A DNA stretch of 64,000 nt from Kofleriaceae bacterium (GCA_965215005.1 CBDCCZ010000049.1:96001-160000); one strand, 5' to 3'. Counted from the first letter of the stretch, positions 1-9,802 are shown. Translations and numbers: made by a program. Notes: generated from the sequence alone by a model not told the origin.

Positions 1-155
1 GCGGGACCAGCTGCCAGGCGCCCGCGGCTGCTGCCAGCGCTTTGGCAGCCTCGACGTCCGGTGCAACCTGCCCACCAGAATCGATATCGATGCGTAGCTC
101 TCGCTTCAAGCTCGGCCCCCTGCCGCGATTATACGCGTTGCGGTAGGGTTGCTTC

Positions 156-986
156 ATGTCGGACCTGACGAGCACCCGCGCCCTGGTCACCGGCGCATCG
201 AGCGGCATCGGCATGGAGCTTGCGCGACTGCTGGCAAAACGCGGCGCGAGCCTCACGCTGACCGCGCGCCGTCAAGACCGCCTCGACGCGCTGGCCGAGG
301 AGCTGCGCGCCGCCCACGGCATCAGCGTGCGCACTGTGTCGCAGGATCTCGCTCATCCCGCCGGCGCTGCCACCCTCGCCGACAATCTCGCCGCCGCAAG
401 CGAGCCCATCGACATCCTGATCAACAACGCCGGCTTCGGCGACTGGGACGCGTTTGCTGCGACCTCCTGGACCAAACAGCTCGAGATGCTGCAGCTCAAT
501 ATCCTCAGTTTGGTCGAGCTAACCCACCGCCTGCTGCCCGACATGCTGCGCTCGCCACGCCGCTCGTACATCATGAACATCGCGTCGATCGCGGCGTTTC
601 AGCCCACTCCCTACTTTGCCAGTTACGGGGCAACCAAGGCGTACGTGCGCAGCTTCTCAGGAGCGCTTGGCTACGAACTGCAAGGAACTGGTGTGAGCGT
701 TACCTGTGTGTGTCCCGGAGGAACCGCCACCGAGTTCATGGACACGGCGGGAATGAAGCGTCTGGGGTCGCTCGTGTCGGCGAGCATGATGGAGCCCGAG
801 CGCGTTGCCGTCGTGGCGCTGGCGGCAATGCTGCGAGGACGAGCGCACGTGACACCGGGTTGGCTAAACAAGCTCACCACCTTTCTTACCCGGCTAACGC
901 CGCGACCGGTGACAACGATTCTGGCGGCGCGGCTGATGGGACGGCCACCCAACGCCAAGCGGCTGCTCGCGGAGGCGTCAAAATGA
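156..986 (+). CDS. Short-chain dehydrogenase/reductase (SDR)
   Basis: TGASSGIG Rossmann motif, NNAG and catalytic YGATK (YxxxK). Confidence 0.92.
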   Translation: MSDLTSTRALVTGASSGIGMELARLLAKRGASLTLTARRQDRLDALAEELRAAHGISVRTVSQDLAHPAGAATLADNLAAASEPIDILINNAGFGDWDAFAATSWTKQLEMLQLNILSLVELTHRLLPDMLRSPRRSYIMNIASIAAFQPTPYFASYGATKAYVRSFSGALGYELQGTGVSVTCVCPGGTATEFMDTAGMKRLGSLVSASMMEPERVAVVALAAMLRGRAHVTPGWLNKLTTFLTRLTPRPVTTILAARLMGRPPNAKRLLAEASK

Positions 987-1999
987 GCAGCGAAAATCGC
1001 TGCCGCTGGGACGGCGCCCCCGGTCATTACGAAGTTTGGTACCTCACGTGCAATCATCGCGACAGCGGCACGGGCTACTGGATTCGCTATACCCTCGAAG
1101 CGCCGCTTGCAGGTCATGGCGAGCCGTACGTCCAGCTGTGGTTTGGCACGTTCGACGCCAGCAACTCCACGCGCACCTTCGGCATCAACCGCAGGTTGCC
1201 CATCGAAGCCATGCGCGCCGAAGCCATGCCGTTCTCGCTGCAGCTCGGCGACGCCACCCTCACCGATGGCAGCTGCCGCGGCCAGCTCGCGGGCGATGGC
1301 CACCACGTGCGATGGGACCTGCACTGGACGCCGGCGACGCAGCCGCATCGCCATTTACCCGAGGTGATGTATCTCGGCGGCGGGCTCGGTGAGACCACGG
1401 TGCTATCACCAAGCTTATGCGCCGCCATTACCGGAACTATCGAAGTCGATGGCCGCCGCTACTCGCTGGCGGGCGAACCGGGCGGGCAGACGCATCTTTG
1501 GGGACGTAAACATGCGCATCGCTGGGCGTGGGGGCACTGCAACGCGTTTCGCGACCAGCCCACCGCTGCCTTCGAGAGCTTGACGGTGCAGCTCGAGCGC
1601 CGCGGTCGGCTGCTGCCGCCGCTCACCATCTTCTCCCTCTATCTCGACGGTCGCGCGTATCACTTCAACCAGCTGCGCCACACCGTCCTCACCCGCAGTA
1701 ACCACGGCACCGGCTACTACCGCTTTACCGGGCACGGGGCTCGTATACGAATCGAAGGCGAGTTCTCCTGCCATCCCAGCGCCATGCTCATGGCCACCTA
1801 CGCGGATCCCGACGGACAGCTCGCGTACTGCGCCAACACCGAAGTTGGCGATCTGCGGATCACCGTGTTCGAGCGCACCGGGCTCGATCGATTCCGCGAG
1901 CGGGCGCGCCTCCTGGCACCCGGCACCGGTCACTTCGAGGTAGCGAGCCGGCAGCGCGACCCTGCTATCCGACACGATCACGTGACCGTGGACGTGTAA
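983..1999 (+). CDS. Hypothetical protein, tocopherol cyclase/AttH-CrtC-like beta-rich fold
   Basis: ATG at 983 overlaps the SDR stop (ATGA). Trp/Tyr/His-rich motifs [13 protein letters not shown] and HLWG..WAWGHCN. Fold assignment is inference. Confidence 0.6.
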   Translation: MSSENRCRWDGAPGHYEVWYLTCNHRDSGTGYWIRYTLEAPLAGHGEPYVQLWFGTFDASNSTRTFGINRRLPIEAMRAEAMPFSLQLGDATLTDGSCRGQLAGDGHHVRWDLHWTPATQPHRHLPEVMYLGGGLGETTVLSPSLCAAITGTIEVDGRRYSLAGEPGGQTHLWGRKHAHRWAWGHCNAFRDQPTAAFESLTVQLERRGRLLPPLTIFSLYLDGRAYHFNQLRHTVLTRSNHGTGYYRFTGHGARIRIEGEFSCHPSAMLMATYADPDGQLAYCANTEVGDLRITVFERTGLDRFRERARLLAPGTGHFEVASRQRDPAIRHDHVTVDV

Positions 2000-2030
2000 G
2001 CCGCCCGGCTTTCGTTTAGGATGCCAGCCC

Positions 2031-3152
2031 GTGAGCTCTCTGGCCCAGCAGCAGCGAACCCCTCTCTACGACCTGCACGTCGCAAGCGGGGCGCGTCTAA
2101 TCGACTTTGGCGGCTGGGACATGCCAGTGCAGTACCGCGCTGGCATCATTAAAGAGCATCAGGTCGTGCGCACCGGCGTCGGCCTGTTCGATGTGTCGCA
2201 TATGGGCGAGGCCGTGCTTCGCGGGCCCAGTGCCGCCGAGGCGGTTCAACGGCTCACCACCAATGATGTCGGCAAGCTTCGTGATGGCGAGGCGCAGTAC
2301 ACTCTAATGTGCTTGCCGCATGGCGGTATCGTCGACGACTGCATCGTTTATCGCCGCGCCGCCGAAGACTTCCTGATCATCATCAATGCCGCCAATGCAG
2401 AAAAAGATCTGCAATGGATGCGCGACAACGTCGGCGATCGAGTGGACCTCATCGATGAGAGCGCGAGCACCGCGCTCATTGCGGTGCAGGGGCCCAAGGC
2501 TGTCGCGCTGGTGGATCGTCTCGCTGAGGCGGAGCTGGCAGCGGTGCCGAGCTTTTGCTTTGCAACCACCCGCATTGCCGGCGTCACGGCCATGGCCGCG
2601 CGAACCGGCTACACCGGCGAGGATGGCTTCGAGCTTGCCTGCCCCGCGGCCGAGGCGCCGCGGCTTTGGAGCGCGCTTCTCGAAGCGGGACAGGCGCAGG
2701 GGGTCGAGCCGATTGGCCTCGGCGCGCGCGACACGCTTCGGCTCGAGGCGAAGCTTTGCCTTTACGGCAACGATATCGACGAAACCACAACTCCCTACGA
2801 AGCGGGACTCGCTTGGTGCGTAAAGCCGGACGCGGGCGGATTCATCGGCCGACAAGCGCTCCTTGAGCAGAAAGCCAGCGGCATTGCCCGCAAGCTGGTC
2901 GGGTTTCGAATCGACTTCGATGCCCATCGAGCGATCGCCCGCCACGGCTACCCTGTGGTTGACCGCGGGCGCGACGAACCGATCATCGGCAAAGTCACCA
3001 GCGGCACCAAGGGCATCAGCGTCAACGGCGCCATCGGCATGGCCTACGTGCCGACGGAGCTCGCCACACCCGGAACCGTCATCACCATCGACTGTCGCGG
3101 CAAGGACGTGCCTGCCACCATCGTCAAGGGCAAGTTCTACCAGCGCGACTGA
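2031..3152 (+). CDS. gcvT: Glycine cleavage system aminomethyltransferase T
   Basis: [38 protein letters not shown] and [12 protein letters not shown]. Confidence 0.97.
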   Translation: MSSLAQQQRTPLYDLHVASGARLIDFGGWDMPVQYRAGIIKEHQVVRTGVGLFDVSHMGEAVLRGPSAAEAVQRLTTNDVGKLRDGEAQYTLMCLPHGGIVDDCIVYRRAAEDFLIIINAANAEKDLQWMRDNVGDRVDLIDESASTALIAVQGPKAVALVDRLAEAELAAVPSFCFATTRIAGVTAMAARTGYTGEDGFELACPAAEAPRLWSALLEAGQAQGVEPIGLGARDTLRLEAKLCLYGNDIDETTTPYEAGLAWCVKPDAGGFIGRQALLEQKASGIARKLVGFRIDFDAHRAIARHGYPVVDRGRDEPIIGKVTSGTKGISVNGAIGMAYVPTELATPGTVITIDCRGKDVPATIVKGKFYQRD

Positions 3153-3170
3153 GCAACTAGGCATTTCACT

Positions 3171-3563
3171 ATGGCTGATTTTCCCGCAGATCTCCGTTAC
3201 ACCGAAGACCACGAGTGGCTGCGCAAGCTCGGCAATGAGCGCGTGCAAGTCGGCATTACCGCGTTTGCGGCCGACCAACTCGGGGATGTCGTCACCGTTG
3301 AGCTTCCAACAGAGGGCGACGAAGTGACGAAAGGTGAAGTGTTTGGCAGCGTCGAGAGCGTCAAGTCGGTCTCGGACCTGTTTGCGCCGGTCACCGGCAA
3401 GGTCATGCGCATCAATACACCGCTCGGAGACTCTCCCGAGTACGTCAATGAAGATCCGTACGGCGAAGGCTGGATGATCGAGCTCGAGCTCGCCGATGCC
3501 AGCGAGGCCGATGCCTTGATGGATGCCCAGGCATATGGACGCTTCGTCGCGGATGAGTCGTAG
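3171..3563 (+). CDS. gcvH: Glycine cleavage system H protein
   Basis: YTEDHEW, lipoyl-Lys motif VESVKSVSD and NEDPYGEGW. Confidence 0.97.
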   Translation: MADFPADLRYTEDHEWLRKLGNERVQVGITAFAADQLGDVVTVELPTEGDEVTKGEVFGSVESVKSVSDLFAPVTGKVMRINTPLGDSPEYVNEDPYGEGWMIELELADASEADALMDAQAYGRFVADES

Positions 3564-3576
3564 AAGGGTTTGCGCT

Positions 3577-4986
3577 TCAGCGAAAGATCTTCCAGGTGCT
3601 CTTCTCGATCTCGAGGTGGAAGCCAAACTCGAACGTGATGAGCTTGGTGCGCGCATCCACGAGCGCAGCCGGCGGATTGGGAAACGGCTGCGCGGCCTGA
3701 AACGCCCGCACCGCTTCATCGTCGAGGAAGTCGACGCCAGAGCCCTGCATCACGACGATCTTGTCGAGCCGGCCGTCGGGGGTCATCCAGATTTTCAGCC
3801 GTGTGACTTTGTCGCGTGCGCCATAGACCTGACCGCTGGGATCGCGCTGCACCAACAGCTCCGCGGGGCGCCAGTTCTGCGCGACCGTGCGCTTCACGCG
3901 GTTGAAGAACGAGGCGTACTTCCAGCGCACCGAGTTGAGTAGCGTCTCGTCGCCGGTTGCGACATCGTCGAGGTGATCGACCGAGCCGCCGCCCAGCGCG
4001 CGCTCGAGAATCTCTTCCGAAACCCGCAAGTTGGGTTTTGAGCCGCCGCCGCCACCGCCTTCGCCAGGACGCGCGGAATCCGTTGCCTCGCGCTCGGGGC
4101 GAGCATACGGCGCGTTGCCCTTGCTGATGCGAGACCCGTTGGGCCCGATGGGGGCATCAAGGCCCTCGGCAATGCCGCGATCTAAGCGACTCTGCGACTC
4201 CTTGACGCGCTCGGGCGCCCCCGGCTCACGCATCGCCAGCTTCCCTGGCACGGGCGGGGCCTCGGCGTTGTCGCCGATTGGCCCCGGCGCCTGCTCCTTG
4301 GCCACCGCCGGCGCTTTGCTCGGAGCCTTGGCTTTGGCCAGCTCCTTGGGACCTGGTCGCGCCACCATGTCTTCGGTGCTGCCGCGAGCGACCTTTTCCT
4401 GCTCGACGCGGCTGTCGAACTCACTGAGGAAGCGCGCATTCTCCGGCGGTTGCTCCACCGTCGGCTGCGTAATTTCGACGATCTGCTGCTGCGCCGTGGG
4501 TTGCCGCATTGGCTCGCGCTCGGCGCGTTCGTGCTGCTCTTCGACTTTGGCGACTTGCTGCTCCTCAAACGCCTTTTGCTCCGCCGGGTCGAGCGCTTGG
4601 AGCAGCGGCTCAGCCTCGATCTCCTCGATTGGCAGTGTGGGGTCCAGGAGCGCAATCTCGACCTCGTCCAAGTTGGTGACGGTTTGACAAGCCAAGCGCG
4701 CAAGCCGCGTTTGGCGCAGCGTAGTCGCTAGGCATTGCGGCTCCGATGCGAGCGGCGAGGTGCAGTAGGCCAGGCGCGCCAGGCCAGCCAGGGCGACGTC
4801 GGCTTCGCAGGTAGGCTCGGCTGGAACGGCGGCGCTCACCTCCGGCTCGATGGCAGCGGGTCGGCGAGCGGGCTCCGTCAAGGCGATCACCGCCAGCGCA
4901 GCGCCATGAACGAGAAGCGACAATCCGCCAACAATGATGGCGACACGCGTGCTTGAGCGGCGGTGGCGTGGATCGAGCGCTGACAC
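3577..4986 (-). CDS. TonB family (TonB C-terminal domain) membrane-anchored protein
   Basis: N-terminal TM with S..H, a Pro/Glu-rich linker, and C-terminal YASFFNRVKRTVAQNW...SGVDFLDDEAVRAFQAAQPFPNPP. Confidence 0.85.
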   Translation of the reverse strand: MSALDPRHRRSSTRVAIIVGGLSLLVHGAALAVIALTEPARRPAAIEPEVSAAVPAEPTCEADVALAGLARLAYCTSPLASEPQCLATTLRQTRLARLACQTVTNLDEVEIALLDPTLPIEEIEAEPLLQALDPAEQKAFEEQQVAKVEEQHERAEREPMRQPTAQQQIVEITQPTVEQPPENARFLSEFDSRVEQEKVARGSTEDMVARPGPKELAKAKAPSKAPAVAKEQAPGPIGDNAEAPPVPGKLAMREPGAPERVKESQSRLDRGIAEGLDAPIGPNGSRISKGNAPYARPEREATDSARPGEGGGGGGSKPNLRVSEEILERALGGGSVDHLDDVATGDETLLNSVRWKYASFFNRVKRTVAQNWRPAELLVQRDPSGQVYGARDKVTRLKIWMTPDGRLDKIVVMQGSGVDFLDDEAVRAFQAAQPFPNPPAALVDARTKLITFEFGFHLEIEKSTWKIFR

Positions 4987-5087
4987 GGGAACAAAACGCC
5001 AGGTTCTCGCGCACGACGCGCGACAGGATCAGTATAGTCGGGCCGGAGCGGCCACCAGGTAGCTTCGTTAAATCGCTGGCAAATCGG

Positions 5088-5117
5088 GATCTTGCCGCCG
5101 CCTGACGGCGGCAGATC
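5088..5117. terminator. Intergenic GC-rich hairpin, possible terminator
   Basis: tgccgccg (5093-5100) / cggcggca (5106-5113), flanked by gatc. No clear U-tract. Confidence 0.35.
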
Positions 5118-5158
5118 GGCCGGTGTGATGGGTTCGTAGGGTGCGGCTTGCGCTGCGT

Positions 5159-6424
5159 TCAGCGGATCAAGCTGTTCCGAAACGCATACGGCAAGCGCAC
5201 GATGATAGCCGCGCGATTGCCCAAAACGGAACGCGGCACCGGCCCAAACGGCCCGGCACGCTTCACCGCGGAGGTGACTTCGCGGTCGAACGAGTCAAAG
5301 CCGCTCGACTGAAACACCGTGACACCGCTGAACGTGCCATCGCCGCGCAGCATGAACGTCACCACCACCTGACCTTGGTCGAGGCTGTAGGCGAGCTCTT
5401 TGGGAAACCGCACCAGCTCGTCGAGCTGCGCGTACATGCGACGAAAGTAGGGATTCTGGCGCTCGGCATACACCGATGGAAGCGCATCGCCCGGCGTCAA
5501 ATCGGCACGCGTCGCCGCAGAGCCGGTGCCTCGGCCGCGATCGCTCGGCCCAGAGCCGCGGCTCCCGCGAACTCCCTGGCCGTTCTTGGCGCCCCCCGCT
5601 CGCGCCTGTGCGAGATCGAACGGCATCGGATTGGTCTCATTGCTCGCGCCCGCCGTCTCCTCGTCGTCTTGCGCGCGGCCACGCCGCGACGTATCGGCGG
5701 CTGTCGCGCCGCGGTCTACGAACGCAGGCTCGCGCGTGAGCTGCGTTGCGCCCGCACGCCGCTGCGCGATCATCCGAGCCGGATCCCCATCGAAGATAGG
5801 ATCGGCATCCTGCCAGCTGCGTTCCTCGACGCTGCCGCTCGAGGCCCCGCTGCCGGTCCCCGCCAGCGTCCCCGGCTGCCCGCGTTCGACGCCTTCGGCC
5901 GCACGCGCAACCCCACTATGGCGGTCGCCGTACCCGCGGGTTTCAGCGCGCGCGATGGCTTCGGGACTGCGTCGCAACCGTCCGCTCTTGACGTGCGGCG
6001 ACCGATAGCGACTCGGATGATTCCACGACTGCGCGCGCAGCTCGAAGGCATCATCGCGTCCGGTCCAGGTCTCGCTACCGCCAACCTCACCACCACCACG
6101 TGCCGCCGCTTCACGCCCCGGCAGCTCGACCTCGGCATTCGGCAGCGGATGCGTTTGCCCCGCGCCAGCCACGTCCCCGGCGCCGAGCAGCACCGGGTCG
6201 ATCAGAGGCCCGAGCGGCGCGTCATCGAGCAGCGTCACCACCGCCACGTCGCCAATAGGCACCCCCACCTCCGCGCGCGGCCCCTGCGGCTCCTGCCCAC
6301 CCACTGCGCTGGTGCGCCACCACGAAGCGACGTAGACGACCAACGGCACGTGAAGCACCAGCGCCAGCGCCCCCGCAAGAGCAGCCGGGCGAGCGACGCC
6401 ACGACGCGGACGCGAGCCAATCAC
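5159..6424 (-). CDS. TonB family (TonB C-terminal domain) protein
   Basis: N-terminal TM with His, a Gly/Arg-rich linker, and C-terminal QGQVVVTF...SSGFDSFDREVTSAVKRAGPFGPVP. Confidence 0.82.
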   Translation of the reverse strand: MIGSRPRRGVARPAALAGALALVLHVPLVVYVASWWRTSAVGGQEPQGPRAEVGVPIGDVAVVTLLDDAPLGPLIDPVLLGAGDVAGAGQTHPLPNAEVELPGREAAARGGGEVGGSETWTGRDDAFELRAQSWNHPSRYRSPHVKSGRLRRSPEAIARAETRGYGDRHSGVARAAEGVERGQPGTLAGTGSGASSGSVEERSWQDADPIFDGDPARMIAQRRAGATQLTREPAFVDRGATAADTSRRGRAQDDEETAGASNETNPMPFDLAQARAGGAKNGQGVRGSRGSGPSDRGRGTGSAATRADLTPGDALPSVYAERQNPYFRRMYAQLDELVRFPKELAYSLDQGQVVVTFMLRGDGTFSGVTVFQSSGFDSFDREVTSAVKRAGPFGPVPRSVLGNRAAIIVRLPYAFRNSLIR

Positions 6425-6533
6425 GGTCCTCAGTATGCGGCAGGCCCGCCACCTTGCCCACCATGCGCGGTCACGGCGGCTCCACGACCCTCGCCTCTTG
6501 CTCGCCCGCGCCCGCTTCCGCCATAGTGTCCGC

Positions 6534-6633
6534 GGAAGCGCCTCCCAAGCTGGTGTTGGGCCCGGTCTTCAAAACCGGTGGTGCGCCGCGAGAGCGACCG
6601 CACGGCGGGTTCGATTCCTGTGCGCTTCCGCCA
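6534..6633 (+). tRNA. selC: tRNA-Sec (anticodon UCA)
   Basis: 8-bp acceptor stem ggaagcgc/gcgcttcc, G discriminator and CCA. Anticodon arm ccggt-ctTCAaa-accgg (TCA at 6569-6571). Long variable arm and a 5-bp T-stem with ttcgatt loop (8/5 fold). Confidence 0.96.
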
Positions 6634-6774
6634 GACACCGCTTCCTAAGACCGATGCGATCATGAGCCGGTCACCCACAGGAGATCGTTTCAAGACAGAC
6701 CCCAGCCTCGTCAATCCGGTCATCACCGCACCGGCACCTACTCAAGCACGCGAGGACGGCCAGGAGGCCAGGCG

Positions 6775-7869
6775 ATGAGCAACCGCAAGCAAGTTGCCAA
6801 GAAATCCTACACGAAGCCGACGCGTTCCCGAGCTTTGGACGCCGTCGACACCACCACGGCGCTAGCAGGCGACATCGAACAGATGATCGAGGACGCGCGG
6901 CACGATGTCGCGAGAACCGCAAACGCGGCCCTCAGCCTGCTGTACTGGCGCATCGGCTGTCGAATCCGCCAAGACATTTTGAAGGAGCAGCGTGCTGAGT
7001 ACGGCGGCGAGGTCGTCGCAGCTCTCGGTCGGAAGCTCGCTGAAGAGTTCGGCCGAGGTTTCGGGGAGAAGAACCTCCGCCGAATGGTGCAGTTTGCCGA
7101 GTCTTTCCCACATGCCGAGATTGTCGCAGCGCTGCTGCGACAATTGAGTTGGACCCACTTCACGATGCTGATCCCTATCGACGAACCGCTCAAACGCGAC
7201 TTCTACGCGGAGATGTGCCGTGTCGAGAGATGGAGCACACGAGTTCTCCGCAAGAAGATCGATGGGATGCTGTACGAGCGCACGGCGCTCTCGAAGAAGC
7301 CCGAGCAACTCGTCCGCCAGGAGCTCGACTCCCTCCGCGAGAACGACGAGCTGACACCCGATCTCGTGTTCCAAGATCCCTACCTGCTCGACTTTCTCGG
7401 TCTCAAGGACACCTACAGCGAGAAGGATCTCGAGTCTGCCCTGCTGCGCGAGATTGAACGCTTCCTACTCGAGCTCGGAGCGGGTTTTGCCTTCATCGAG
7501 CGCCAGAAGAGGATCACGCTCGACGGCGACGACTACTACATTGACCTGCTCTTCTACCACCGGCGGTTGCGTCGGTTGATCGTCGTCGAGCTCAAGATCG
7601 GCGAGTTCAAGCCCGCCGACCTCGGCCAAGTCGAGCTGTATCTTCGCTGGCTCGATCGGCACGAACGCCAGCCGGACGAGGAGTCGCCGCTAGGCGTCAT
7701 CCTCTGCGCCGGCAAAAAGAAGGAGACGATCGAAATCCTCGACCTGGGCAAGAGCGGCATCCACGTTGCGGAATACTTGACCGAGCTCCCACCACGCCAG
7801 GTTCTGCAAGAGCGATTTCATCGTGCACTGATTGCGGCGCGGTCGCGGCTCAAACAGCGCTCTGTGTGA
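6775..7869 (+). CDS. yhcG: YhcG/DUF1016 PD-(D/E)XK nuclease domain protein
   Basis: LLYWRIG, RAEYG, LSWTH, DPYLLDFLGL, FLLELGAGFAF, IDLLFYHRRLRRLIVVELK and GQ..LY motifs. Confidence 0.93.
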   Translation: MSNRKQVAKKSYTKPTRSRALDAVDTTTALAGDIEQMIEDARHDVARTANAALSLLYWRIGCRIRQDILKEQRAEYGGEVVAALGRKLAEEFGRGFGEKNLRRMVQFAESFPHAEIVAALLRQLSWTHFTMLIPIDEPLKRDFYAEMCRVERWSTRVLRKKIDGMLYERTALSKKPEQLVRQELDSLRENDELTPDLVFQDPYLLDFLGLKDTYSEKDLESALLREIERFLLELGAGFAFIERQKRITLDGDDYYIDLLFYHRRLRRLIVVELKIGEFKPADLGQVELYLRWLDRHERQPDEESPLGVILCAGKKKETIEILDLGKSGIHVAEYLTELPPRQVLQERFHRALIAARSRLKQRSV

Positions 7870-8080
7870 AACGAAAGCGACGAGGAGCTTCCGCTCTCGA
7901 GATGCGCCGGCAGAAAGATCAAGACTGCCGGCATCGGCGACCCTCGCCGGACGGGATGGTCGACGCATCCGGAGGCGTATAAATGGTGGCGACTAGAAAA
8001 GCAGCCACTTGACGCTGTGCGCTATGACGCGATACCCGCTTTCTCGGTACACGAAGGCCCTCGAGAACGCGGAGGATTGG

Positions 8081-9802
8081 ATGAACACGCTCAAGTTTGT
8101 GCTCGCGCTAGCAATGGTGGCTGCGATCGGCGGCTGCTCCCTCATGGATGACCAGCCGGAGGAGCTCGAGGCGGCGCTGGAGGTGGCGGGCGACGTCGTG
8201 CCTGCCAACTATCGCGACCGGCGCGACGTAGGCTGCGCGGTGGGCGACGTCTCCTCTAAGTTTGGACGGTTCGAGGAGGGACCACTGGCAGGGCTAGAGG
8301 TCGAGTACTACTCCTCGGCAGAGCTCGATTATTCGCGCCCGGATTGGCCGACGCAGCGCGAGCAGTCGTGGGATGCACTGCGCGGGCGGCTCGGCGTCGC
8401 CGATGACGCAGTGGCGGTGGTGGTCGTGGACATTCGCAATATCAACGGCGTTCCGCACTATCGATACTTCTCGAACGGCAGCTGGAACCAGCTCAATCAA
8501 AATTGGTCGTCGACCAAGGTAATGGCGGAGCTCGGTGCGATCCATCGGCTACGCATGCAGTCTCAAGGACGCATCGGCGCGCAGTCGATCATCAACGACG
8601 CGGTGCTGGGAGCGCAGCGCTTCTCCGATCACACCTACGCGCTTCACGACACCAGCAGCAACGCCTCAGGCGGGCTCTTCAAGCACCTTCTCGGCACCAC
8701 TGCCGTCAATGGCGGCGGTCTCAACGCGACCAGCTTCGTCCGCGGGTGGCTGTCGCGACCGAGCGAGCTGTTCAATGGTTACTACGGCTACAGCAACTAC
8801 GACGACTATTACAACATCCTTGCGGCTGACGGCAGCGGCGCGGTCTACCTCGACACCTCGACGCGCGAGATCACGCCCAACCATCTGTCGCCGCTGGCGA
8901 TGGCGGAGCTGTGGAAACGGCTCGGGGTCAACTTCCGCGACTCGAAGCTGCTTCCCAGCGCTCGCCTCGGCGCAACCGATGCCAGCGCAAGCTACGGCTA
9001 TCGCTCGGACCGCGACGACGGCACCCGCAACGCGTTTCGCGGCGACGATGCGGCGCAATGGCAGCCGACTATCACCGAAGACGACCTGATGGTCATGTTC
9101 TACGGCAGCGCCGACCGCGACGCCGACAGCGTTGGCGGCATGCTCCATGACATCGGCATTCGCTATCGCTTCACCTCCGCGTTCGGCGGCTCGGCCAAGC
9201 TGGACGCTGCCACCGGCGGAACCTGGCGCATTCTCGGCAAGACCGGCTCTGGCGACGGCAACTCGGCGTATGGCGGGCACCTCTGCCTGCCCGGCTACAA
9301 AGGTGGTCGCGAGCTCGCGTTCTTCATTCTCGGCAAAACTCCTGGCGGTGTTCACGCAACCAGTGAGGCGCTCGGTCGCGTCATCGACATGTTTGCGCCG
9401 GGCCTGCGAACCGGGCCGGCTCTGGGCCTCATCGAATGTCCCGCGGGTTGGCAGCTCGAGTCGATCGGCAGCGACGGCGGGACATACTGCAGCAACGGAA
9501 CCAGCATGTATGGGCCGTTTTCGCAGTCGATGATCGCCGCGTGTCGCAGTTGGGGCGGCGGCAGCGCCTGCGCCACCAACAATTGGGCGCTCGAGTTCGC
9601 GCGCACCCTTCGCGGCGACGGCCTCTGCCCCCGCGGGGCCAGCTACGACGCTGAAACCACCTACTGCGTCGAAGGCGACGCTGCGTTCGGCCCATTTCCA
9701 AGCCGATTGATCCAAGCGTGCGAGCAGCGTGGTGGTGGCAGCGCCTGTCGCACCGCCCGCTGGAGTCGTAGCTTCCTGCGCAACATCCAGCGCTCGTTAT
9801 AG
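8081..9802 (+). CDS. Lipoprotein with serine beta-lactamase/PBP-like domain and C-terminal Cys-rich double repeat
   Basis: RBS ggagga before ATG 8081 and lipobox IGGC. SxxK (SSTK), SxN (SSN) and KTG occur in canonical order. Two C-terminal GPF...AC...GGGSAC...W repeats. Confidence 0.65.
   Translation: MNTLKFVLALAMVAAIGGCSLMDDQPEELEAALEVAGDVVPANYRDRRDVGCAVGDVSSKFGRFEEGPLAGLEVEYYSSAELDYSRPDWPTQREQSWDALRGRLGVADDAVAVVVVDIRNINGVPHYRYFSNGSWNQLNQNWSSTKVMAELGAIHRLRMQSQGRIGAQSIINDAVLGAQRFSDHTYALHDTSSNASGGLFKHLLGTTAVNGGGLNATSFVRGWLSRPSELFNGYYGYSNYDDYYNILAADGSGAVYLDTSTREITPNHLSPLAMAELWKRLGVNFRDSKLLPSARLGATDASASYGYRSDRDDGTRNAFRGDDAAQWQPTITEDDLMVMFYGSADRDADSVGGMLHDIGIRYRFTSAFGGSAKLDAATGGTWRILGKTGSGDGNSAYGGHLCLPGYKGGRELAFFILGKTPGGVHATSEALGRVIDMFAPGLRTGPALGLIECPAGWQLESIGSDGGTYCSNGTSMYGPFSQSMIAACRSWGGGSACATNNWALEFARTLRGDGLCPRGASYDAETTYCVEGDAAFGPFPSRLIQACEQRGGGSACRTARWSRSFLRNIQRSL

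Noticed and set aside
149..982. 616-aa ORF starting at 149
   Set aside because: The N-terminal part is a shadow frame of the SDR. The credible gene starts at ATG 983.
2031..3563. Missing gcvP as an incomplete glycine cleavage system
   Set aside because: gcvP is often encoded elsewhere, so this cannot be judged from one window.
2304..3719. Long antisense ORFs (also 5141-6526, 60094-61407, 62735-63874)
   Set aside because: These are typical high-GC shadow ORFs opposite well-supported genes.
7887..7894. gcttccgc as an attR copy of the selC 3' end
   Set aside because: Only 8 bp in high-GC DNA, and there is no integrase.
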